NCBI RefSeq assembly: GCF_000143415.4
Contig: NW_003314281.1
Span: 1,069,584-1,133,583 of the forward strand
Direction: 5' to 3'
DNA from: Selaginella moellendorffii
Lineage: Eukaryota > Plantae > Lycopodiophyta
Length of the DNA: 64,000 bases
This document shows, piece after piece, positions 1 to 15,359 of this stretch. Below the pieces are notes generated by a model. The model searched no databases, was not told where the DNA came from, and worked only from the letters and a program-made list of their open reading frames with translations. The position numbers were made by a program, and so were the translations under genes. How positions within the stretch are numbered: the first letter of the stretch is position 1; each line of letters opens with the position of its first letter.

Positions 1-985
1 CCTCGGACCACTCGAGGTTTTTGGTGCCGGAATACTCAACCGTGTTGGTGGACTGCTCGCTCTCTTGCCACTGATAAGAGCTCTCGGTCTTGAAAATGTC
101 GAGGATGCTGGCATTCACAGTGACGGTCTGGGAAGTGGTGAGGCCTTCGGCCTGAGACCACGAGTAGGAGATGGTCATATCTTTGCTTCCATCGAGCTTC
201 CACTGAACAGGAACTTCACTGTTGTTGCTGCATTTCAGGGTGTCCAGTGTCTCTGGAACGATGCTTCCCAGCGCAGAGATGTTGTAGTAGCGTACGCCTT
301 GGAGCTGGCAAGAGACCAGCGGCAGGAGAAACGCAAAGCCCCATGCGTTTACGTCGTCACCGGCATGGATGTCGGCTCCCACCAGGATCCCGGCGTAGAC
401 ATTGATTACCGTCGCGCTTCCACCTTGGTAGCCATGCTGGAAAGTATTGCCGAGGCTTGTGGTAAACATGATAGCACCGGCGCGATCACCTGGTCGTCCA
501 AAAGCACGAGCCAAGGTATAATGCATACCAAGAAGAAGTGATAGAGCAAGCTTACCAACGTAATCCCATTCGCCAAGCCAGAGGGACATGGACGTGATGA
601 GCTCCCCGGGCTGGAAAGTGTAGGTGTACGAGCTTCCAGCGGGGCTGCCGTAGAGGTGGCCTTCATTGTCCGTCTCACCCGTCTCCCACAACTTGACAGC
701 TTTGGTTTTGTTACCGTCGTCCCACACTTGGATCTGGCGGATGACCTTCCCGCTAGTCCAGGCTTCAAGCTGATAGTCGGTGCCACCCGAGGTGTTTCCC
801 ACAACTTGGACGGTGCCAATGACGGGGCTGGAGAGCGTAGGAGCTAGAGATTGAGCAAAAGGATGAATGCAAGGGAGTTCTAGGAGAGATGCTTTGGTGA
901 TGATGGTCTAGAATGGACCTAGATTTATATTGTCCTCGACTTAGTGTTTGAATCAACCATCGCTGGATTGTTGATCATACTCCAT
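1..985 (-). CDS. Jacalin-lectin + aerolysin/ETX-MTX2-type pore-forming protein (natterin/Dln1-like), paralog A; runs off the left window edge
   Basis: Absent from the ORF track because it has no stop inside the window. Manual minus-strand translation: PVIGTVQVVGNTSGGTDYQLEAWTSGKVIRQIQVW...FQPGELITSMSLW...[intron 555-490]...DRAGAIMFTTS...GILVGADIHAGDDVNAWGFAFLLPLVSCQLQGVRYYNISALGSIVPETLDTLKCSNNSEVPVQWKLDGSKDMTISYSWSQAEGLTTSQTVTVNASILDIFKTESSYQWQESEQSTNTVEYSGTKNLEWSE. Putative ATG micro-exon at 985-981. Confidence 0.8.
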
Positions 986-2588
986 GTGCGCGTGATTCTC
1001 GATCTCTGAATGAAAGAGTTTCTTACGCTGTTGCTTTTCAACATAATCTGCATCGACAACAGGTCCTGATTATCACAGAATAAACAAACACCAGAAAACT
1101 ACGTTCGTGATGAAGGCGCTGCACTAGAAAATTATGCTTAGTGTAAGGGTTGTCCCATGCATTTGATGAAATCTAGGTCATTCACGTGAACATGAAGGTA
1201 AAAAATTTGCCAGCAAGATGCAACAAGATTAAAAACATTTCTCGTTTTAATCATGTGAAAGTTTTCTAAGAGGTTTATATGTGTTAATGTAAACGTCAAC
1301 AAAATCGATGTAGATATGAGTCCTNNNNNNNNNNNNNNNNNNNNNNNNNNNNNNNNNNNNNNNNNNNNNNNNNNNNNNNNNNNNNNNNNNNNNNNNNNNN
1401 NNNNNNNNNNNNNNNNNNNNNNNNTTAACTGTCTACAGGGTTGACAATTTGGTAAGACTTTGTGCAGCAGTTTCCGATCAAGGGATGAGGCCGGAAAAGA
1501 TTATCTGGAACGCAAACTAGACGGACATATAGGTTTCTCTTGTTAACGCGCTGCATTACAAAATTCTGACCACGAGGACTCAAATCTGCATCTGATGTTT
1601 ACATTAACACATATAAACCTCTTAGAAAACTTTCACATGATTAAAACGAGATATGTTTTTAATCTTGTTGCATCTTGCTGGCAAATTTTTTACCTTCATG
1701 TTCACGTGAATGACCTAGATTTCATCAAATGCATGGGACAACCCTTACACTAAGCATAATTTTCTAGTGCAGCGCCTTCATCACGAACGTAGTTTTCTGG
1801 TGTTTGCTTATTCTGTGATAATCAGGACCTGTTGTCGATGCAGATTATGTTGAAAAGCAACAGCGTAAGAAACTCTTTCATTCAGAGATCGAGAATCACG
1901 CGCACATGGAGTATGATCAACAATCCAGCGATGGTTGATTCAAACACTAAGTCGAGGACAATATAAATCTAGGTCCATTCTAGACCATCATCACCAAAGC
2001 ATCTCTCCTAGAACTCCCTTGCATTCATCCTTTTGCTCAATCTCTAGCTCCTACACTCTCCAGCCCCGTCATTGGCACCGTCCAAGCTGTGGGAAACACC
2101 TCGGGTGGCACCGACTATCAGCTTGAAGCCTGGACTAGCGGGAAGGTCATCCGCCAGATCCAAGTGTGGGACGACGGTAACAAAACCAAAGCTGTCAAGT
2201 TGTGGGAGACGGGTGAGACGGACAATGAAGGCCACCTCTACGGCAGCCCCGCTGGAAGCTCGTACACCTACACTTTCCAGCCCGGGGAGCTCATCACGTC
2301 CATGTCCCTCTGGCTTGGCGAATGGGATTACGTTGGTAAGCTTGCTCTATCACTTCTTCTTGGTATGCATTATACCTTGGCTCGTGCTTTTGGACGACCA
2401 GGTGATCGCTCCGGAGCTATCATGTTTACCACAAGCCTCGGCAATACTTTCCAGCATGGATACCAAGGTGGAAGCGCGACGGTAATCAATGTCTACTCCG
2501 GAATCCTGGTGGGAGCCGACATCCGTGCCGGTGACGACGTAAACGCATGGGGCTTTGCGTTCCTCAGGCCTCTTGTTTCGTGCCAGCT
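303..2588. repeat. ~1-kb inverted repeat (arms ~303-1324 and ~1575-2588) around a 100-N assembly gap
   Basis: Position x pairs with 2891-x, as shown by the mirrored ORFs 765..956/1935..2126 and 406..819/2072..2485. The arms are near-identical with scattered substitutions. Confidence 0.95.
1325..1424. other. Assembly gap (100 N)
   Basis: Run of n characters. Confidence 1.
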
Positions 2589-3123
2589 ACTGGATGTCAC
2601 GTATGGCGATCTTTCAATGGCGTCTGTTTCTCTTCAAAGTCTAGACAGCTATTCCACCAACGTTGCTGGAGACGGCTCCTTTTCAAGCTCTGAGCAGTCT
2701 AGCATCCAAAAGACCATCTCGAGCTCTTGGTCCCAGTCCGAGGGAGTCACGTCCTCCATGGATGTTACGGTCACTGCAACGATCCCAGAGATTGGAGAAG
2801 TTGGGGACGCGGGCCCCGGAACTAAGTACGAGTGGCAGGAAAGCGAGACATACACGTCGCAGGCATCGATCCAGGCCGTGCAAACGCTCACCTGGTCAGT
2901 GAACTGGACTCTCGTTGCTGGACAAAGCATAAGCCTCCAGGCTCAGACCCATACGGGGTCTATCAACGTTCCATACCAGGGTACCATGGTTGTCACCGTG
3001 GTAGCGAGCGAGACAACGGGTGATCCTCCAACGTTTTCGTTTGAGACTTTCAACTTCCCACAAAGTGGGACGTACACTGGTGTGTCTGTCACTGCGATTG
3101 AAGTTCCCATCACGGTCAGCTGA
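1906..3123 (+). CDS. Jacalin-lectin + aerolysin/ETX-MTX2-type pore-forming protein (natterin/Dln1-like, resembling fern/lycophyte PtIP-65/96-type insecticidal proteins), paralog B
   Basis: ORF 2089-3123 has an N-terminal beta-prism pattern (GKVIRQIQVW, YTFQPGELITSMSLW, GILVG..RAGDDVNAWGFAFLR). It is followed by a Ser/Thr-rich alternating beta region (KTISSSWSQSEGVTSSMDVTVTATIPEIGEV...INVPYQGTM...GTYTGV). There is a 66-nt in-frame GT-AG intron at 2336-2401. The start is inferred from ATGGA|gtatga (1906-1910) spliced to 2064, giving MDPVIGTV. Confidence 0.82.
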
Positions 3124-3214
3124 TTAGCAACCATCAATGGAAATATAATGTGATAATAAGTTCAACCTTTTAATGTTATTGTTTCCGAGATGGAATGTGG
3201 TTACCCTAGCAGCT

Positions 3215-4061
3215 ATGGTTCTTGTGGGAGCGGCGCTCGAGGCTTTGGATGCTCAAGACGCGGCGACCAAGGTACCACTTTGCTCAGATTTGCGAAGCGA
3301 TTGCGTGTTTCTTGACTACTAAGTTGTAGTTGGCTTGGCTCTTGGGTCATCCCACTTTGGTAGCCGCCGCTGATGCTTTCAAGGCATCCCCGGCGATAGA
3401 GATCAAACAGTCCAGCACTCCGCGTTTCGTGTGTGTTTTGCAAAAGGAATTCGCGACCGCTACTCCAGAGTTTGTGGATGTAAGATTGATTTGGAAATAA
3501 GCTTGGTTGTAACTCCTTCCCTCTCTCTCTCTTTGTCTCGCAGTTTGTTGGCACAGATGATGCAACAACTTGTGTGGGAGTGGGAATCCGAGATCCCAAA
3601 TCCGGACTGTAAGGATGCTCCAAGTTGGTGTGTTACGCTTCTGATGGCTTTGCAGAACAAGCATCGGGCATTTGGACTTTGCAGGCTGCGTGAAAGAAGG
3701 CCTCGCCCAAATGCTTTCTTCGCTTTTTCCGGACAAGGACACCATCCTCGAGGTGTTGTTCTTGAGTTTTTTTTCTCTTTCTATTTCCCCTGGTTTGTGA
3801 GTTGATTTCTACTGCTTGCCTTCTACACAGGTTCATATGGCTGGTGCTTACGATGATTCCATCGACATGGAGCTTGGAGGAGATGAGATGGGACACTCTT
3901 GGCCTCTGTGCCTAGAACTTGTTGAGGAGTTGCAAGCTCTGCCTTACAAGCTGGAAATCCGGACGCTTTGCATTCTCCGGCATAACACTGTCACAAGCGA
4001 TGGGGGTTATCCTTGTCCTGCTGTGAGAGGCTTCGCGGTGAGCAAAGGTTCCATAGCTTCT

Positions 4062-4096
<35 letters not shown>

Positions 4097-4685
4097 TTTA
4101 TCAGTTCTCCTGGTTTCGCAGATCGAAACAAAGTCTGGACGCTGTGTTCCAGCGAGTTTTTCAGCTAACGCCAGTGGTCCGGACGAAATCATTCGAGCAC
4201 TCTCGATGCTGGCGGGGCCGGCATCCAGGCTCCGGTCCCCGTATGACACCGAGTCGGACACTTTCTCGATCAAACCATTCCAGTGGTATCAAGTCTTCTT
4301 TCACCTCCGTTTCCATCTTTTTTTCATGGTTTCTTTCTACCTTTCCAGGAGCCGAGGATGGAAAATGCTCGCAGCGCAGTCGCTAGCTCTGTCTGATGCC
4401 GAGCTACTCCAGACTCGATCAACGTCTCCACACGCAGAGGGCCCGAGCTTCGTCACCTCCATCAGAAGGTAGTGCAAGAGCTCCTTTCCTTGACATGCAT
4501 CTTTACCACCTTTCAGGATGGACGCTTATATTTACAACCATCCGGACTGGGAACACGCATTTCCAAACCGAGAGAGCCGAAGGTTCGTAAGAGATCCTGG
4601 AACTGGGAGATGGATGCGAGCGGAAGACCCAAACTCAAGAAGAGCTGCGAGCACAGCCAAAGCTTTATGGGAGCTCTCGCTTTGA
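3215..4685 (+). CDS. NTAN1: Protein N-terminal asparagine amidohydrolase (multi-exon)
   Basis: Spliced exons give MVLVGAALEAL..., VCVLQKEFATATPEFVD|FVGTDDATTCVGVGIRDPKSG, EVHMAGAYDD, LEIRTLCILRHNT, PASFSANASGPDEIIR, YDTESDTFSIKPFQW, LSDAELLQTRSTSPHAEGPSFV and YIYNHPDWEHAFP. These are diagnostic NTAN1 motifs. Confidence 0.88.
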
Positions 4686-4728
4686 AAACCACAGGCTCTT
4701 CGTCACCACATCCCGAGAGAGAGCTTTG

Positions 4729-6058
4729 CTACAACAGATTCTCAAGCGAGGCAATCCACGAAGTGAGTCTCGCGTTTACTTGCGCTGGTATCTCGTCGTG
4801 AGGACAGTGTCCGGCTTGGAGCTTCACGAGCGTTGCGTCGTTGTAAAGAGCTTGGATCTTGTCAGCTTTCGAAGACGGGGCCAGTGGATCCGACTCTCCC
4901 CACAGCACTAGCAGCGGACAATCCAAATCTCGCAGAAGTTTCTCCAGGGATAAATCAGATGGCTGGAACAAGAAGCGAGAGATCATCCTGTTCCAAGAAA
5001 AAAAAGCCATTTTTTTCATAGTTTTTCATTTCTTTCCCTTCTACGAACCTGTAAAACACCTCTGCTGCGTTTGGATCCGCGGCAGGCTCGAGTATAGAAT
5101 CGATAAGAAACTCGTCCACATGGCTCTTGTCTCTATACACCTGACAAAAAATACAAACCAAACTTAAAGTATGAAAGAATGGATTCTTGGTTCTTGGGCT
5201 TACGTTGTTTAGTGCTGCCTGGATTCGCGAGCGTTGATTCAGCTGCTTGAAAACAAACAGTAGCGCTTCACGCCTTGCCCAGTCTCTAGCTTTAAAAAAC
5301 GCCGGCCATCCAGCCGTGTTCTTCGTTGGTTTCTCGACGATCACCTGAGCTTTTCTACTCTGGAAACGACCAGCCGGGTTTACCAAAGCCAGTGCTGCGA
5401 CGAGGTCGGGATAGAGCACTGCGGTCTGGAGAGAAGTAAGCCCACCAATGCTGTAAGCACCAAGAAACTAGAGAGTAGAAGAGAAAAACTATGAACCAAA
5501 CTTACCTGTTTCCAACAATCACAGCGGGTCTCTTGACAACTTGCTTGACGAAGTCCGCGATCTGGCGGCTCCATAGCTGTGGATCATACTCGATCAAGGC
5601 CTTGTCACTCCACCCAAATCCCAGGAGGTCCAACGCAAAAACTTCGTGAGTTTTGGCAAGCTCGGGGATGTTGTATCTTGCAGCAAGCAAAAAGTTGGAG
5701 AAAAAACACTCTCACACACAAGAAAAGAGAGCAAACCTCCAGTGATAAACAGATGCTCCAAAGCCATGGACGAGTAGAATTGGCACTCCTTTATGGCCCT
5801 GACGAACGTAGTGAATCTTGTGCTCTTGCCACTGCCAGTAATTGTGGCCGCCCTTCTTGAGCACAAGCTCTGGAAGTTCTTACAGTAAAGTCTAAGTTCT
5901 TCCTTGGAGATCAAATACCTGGAGCACTGGAGACGAACTCTTGCTGCTTGTGTGAAGAAGAACACCTCAATCTATCTAGCCACAGCTCAGCATTGGGATG
6001 AAAGCTCAGCTAGATCCTTACCTGGATGAAACACTGCCACCGCCATCGCCATAGCCAT
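4729..6058 (-). CDS. Alpha/beta-hydrolase fold protein, pheophytinase-like family (multi-exon)
   Basis: Motifs: WQWQEHKIHYVRQG...PILLVHGFGASVYHWR|YNIPELAKTHEVFALDLLGFGWSDK, nucleophile elbow GNS(I)GG, LVLWGESDP and AGHCPHDE. Confidence 0.9.
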
Positions 6059-6132
6059 TTCTCTTGGTATAAAAGAAAAGAGAGCAGCAAACTTTAAAAC
6101 TTTAAAGGAAAGTTGGTTATAGAGTTTTTTTG

Positions 6133-6562
6133 TCAGCCACACCAGTTTAAGTTGCCACCCTTGTTCTCTACGCGCTCGTCCAGGCTGAGGCTCGTCCACT
6201 GGTAGCCGCCATGGAAATCCTTGCAAGACGCTGCGATGCCCTTGGAGCTCTGGCTCTCGCTCTCGGTGGCCATGTCTATGACTTCCAAGCCGTAGCAAGT
6301 CTGGTAGAATCCCGAGCCTGGAGTTTCTAGCGTCCCATTGTTGTTGGAGATGTGAAGATCCAGCGAGAAAGAGCTCGCCAAAGGGCTCGGGTCGCAGATG
6401 GCCCAGAGATTATCATAAATCGTGAAAATGTTGTGGCATGTTTGGGAAAATCCTCCGCAAGCCTGGAAACCAAGTCACGATTAAGTTTTTAGTGAAAAGA
6501 AGCTAAACAACCTCAATGCTCTTGAGCAACTGCAGCCCAATAAAAAGATCGATCAAGATCAT
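6133..6562 (-). CDS. Cyanovirin-N homolog (CVNH) lectin, probably secreted; first exon uncertain
   Basis: Exon 6462-6133 reads ACGGFSQTCHNIFTIYDNLWAICDPSPLASSFSLDLHISNNNGTLETPGSGFYQTCYGL...GIAASCKDFHGGYQWTSLSLDERVENKGGNLNWCG. This is two ~50-aa pseudo-repeats (F.QTC...L.A.C...S.LD..I.N..G.L), typical of CVNH. Confidence 0.8.
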
Positions 6563-6886
6563 GTTAGAAAATGGTCAGATGAACAAGAAAAGAAAAAAAG
6601 AAAAAAAGATCAGAAATAAAAGGCTTCGATCACTGCTTATACTAAGCAAACGATGGACTTACACATGTCAACCCTGTGTATCTCACCGAAGAAACATTGT
6701 CGTGTTCTTTCGATTGATCGAGGCCAGAGTTCCTAAGTTTCCAAATTTACGTGATGAATTCCCGATAAGTTATAACTTTGTTCGTATTGCCAGAGCGATA
6801 GCATTACTTTCTCGAGAAAAACCAAAGTAAGATACAAGATAGACAAACTCTGCCATGTACCTGAGATCTCGCAGCGATGCTCTGGC

Positions 6887-8017
6887 TCAAAACAAGCTCC
6901 ACTTCTTGGCCTTTTTCTTCTTCTTTTTGGAGCTGTCCTTTGGCGAGTGGAGCTTTCCTCCTCCATCGTGTTCTTCTTCTGCGTTTTCGTGCTCCATCCT
7001 CAGGAGTTCCTCCAGGTCCGAATCCTCATCACTGCCTCCTCCCGCGGGATTTGCCAGTTTCTCGAGCCGAGCTGCGTCCTTGGCCCACTCGATGACTTGC
7101 TGAGCCTCGCGAGTCAGTCTCTCCTCCTCGACCGATGCCACCGAGAGCTCCTTCTTAAGGTTCTTCACGTTTAAGTCCCGGAGAAGGCCATCCGCATCGA
7201 TCTCCTCCTCGTCACCACCTTCTGTTTCAAAGCTTCTGGCACTTCCACCTAGAGACTGGCTCTCCTTCTTCTGTTTTTTCTTCTTCTTCTCCAGCGAGAC
7301 TTCGTCGGCCGCGGACGCTAGCAACCTGTTAACACCATCGTTCTCCACAGAAGAGAAGCTTCCTTCGTCGGATCGCGACTGGCTTCTCGTTGGATCTTTC
7401 TTCTTAGTCATGCTAAGCTGCTTCAGCATCTTCATCGGGGAGAAAGATCGGTTCTTGCTGGAAGAAGATGAGGAGGATGACGAAAGAGCTGAAGGAGACG
7501 ACGAAACCTTGACCTGCTGACGCTGCTCCGGAGGATTTGCTCCATGAAAAGAGTGTGATTCTTGAGAACCACTTGATGGAGACTTGAGTGCCTTGAGCCT
7601 GTTCTCGAGCTCAACGGCTAAGACGTCTTCTTCCTCCTCCTCCTCTTCTTCTTCATGATCTTCCTCCTCCTGATCTAGAGTAAGATCAAGCTCTTGCTGT
7701 GAACGAGAAGATTTCTTGGCATGGATGTCGACACCTGTGTCTTTGCCTTGATGATTTTTCTTCACTGCTGCTGCTGCCGCTGGTGGTGGTGGTCGAGACT
7801 TGAGGTTCGCGAATCGAACGAGAAGATTACCCTCCAGCCCACCACCATCGTCCTGCCTTTCACCACTGCTAGGAGGGGCTTCGAATCCTTTAGCGGTCCT
7901 GTGACTAGTACCCACGGTGCTCAGCTTGAGCACACTCTCTTCTTGGAACTGATTCAGCAAGTTCTCTACTTCTGCATCGTCGGCATTGCTAGAATCCCTG
8001 TTATAAAATCCACCCAT
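6887..8017 (-). CDS. Uncharacterised acidic/Ser-rich protein, 376 aa, single exon
   Basis: Long ATG-initiated ORF with helical islands (LLVRFANLKS, LENRLKALKS, AQQVIEWAKDAARLE) between poly-E, poly-S and poly-K tracts. No function recognised. Confidence 0.7.
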   Translation of the reverse strand: MGGFYNRDSSNADDAEVENLLNQFQEESVLKLSTVGTSHRTAKGFEAPPSSGERQDDGGGLEGNLLVRFANLKSRPPPPAAAAAVKKNHQGKDTGVDIHAKKSSRSQQELDLTLDQEEEDHEEEEEEEEEDVLAVELENRLKALKSPSSGSQESHSFHGANPPEQRQQVKVSSSPSALSSSSSSSSSKNRSFSPMKMLKQLSMTKKKDPTRSQSRSDEGSFSSVENDGVNRLLASAADEVSLEKKKKKQKKESQSLGGSARSFETEGGDEEEIDADGLLRDLNVKNLKKELSVASVEEERLTREAQQVIEWAKDAARLEKLANPAGGGSDEDSDLEELLRMEHENAEEEHDGGGKLHSPKDSSKKKKKKAKKWSLF

Positions 8018-8261
8018 CTTGAGAAGGAAAAACCCACCTTGTCCTTGCTAGATTATCTTCTCCATCGCTTACACTACACGCATGAACCCAAGCCAGTGCT
8101 CAGTCTGAATCGCAGCTAGGCCCAGCCGTCGTCGTACAGCATCTTCTTGTAGCCACCACAATTGACGCTCGCTGCTCTCTTTTGGTGACATCACCGGACT
8201 AGCCTAATGGAGAAAAGGAAAGTGGTGTTAGTAAAATAGTACAGGAAGAAGGTAACTCACC

Positions 8262-11935
<3,674 letters not shown>

Positions 11936-12085
11936 GGCAATGGGATGATAAAACCTAAGCCCGGGGACAATACCATTCAACCATCAAATTAATATTCTCT
12001 TAAGTTCTCTTATTAGTGGTAAGAATGTTTATCAAAACTTTGCTCCATAGCATTAGCTTTTATTCGCTCGTTTCTCTTCGCCCTT

Positions 12086-14195
<2,110 letters not shown>

Positions 14196-14409
14196 AGCCG
14201 AGGAGAGATGCGTCGCGCCCTACTCGAAGCTCTCCCTGTGTAGAATCGTCCTCGATTATACCTACGTCTCCAATATAAAAGGGGAAAAAATTTTCAAAGG
14301 TGGAGGTAGAAGCAATCCTAGCCGCTCGTTTGGATGCTCACGAACATTCCCATAAACCCTAATTTTTAGTCAGTCAACAAAAGGAGCTTTATTTCACTTG
14401 TAGTGACTT

Positions 14410-15248
<839 letters not shown>

Positions 15249-15359
15249 AGCGCTCGCTCCCAAGAACCCTAAATTTGATAGTGCATTCAGATTTAAAATC
15301 CAACGACGGAGATTTGTACCAGTTAATCGAACGGCCAGTATTCAATGGTGGAGATTCTT

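Noticed and set aside
65-956. ORF-track proteins 65..541, 406..819, 656..847, 765..956 and their mirrors
   Set aside because: Alternative-frame or antisense shadows of the toxin genes; duplicated only because of the inverted repeat.
3431-3905. FAFSGQG and MGHS suggested a PKS/FAS acyltransferase
   Set aside because: FAFSGQG is in a shadow frame; the spliced frame is clearly NTAN1.
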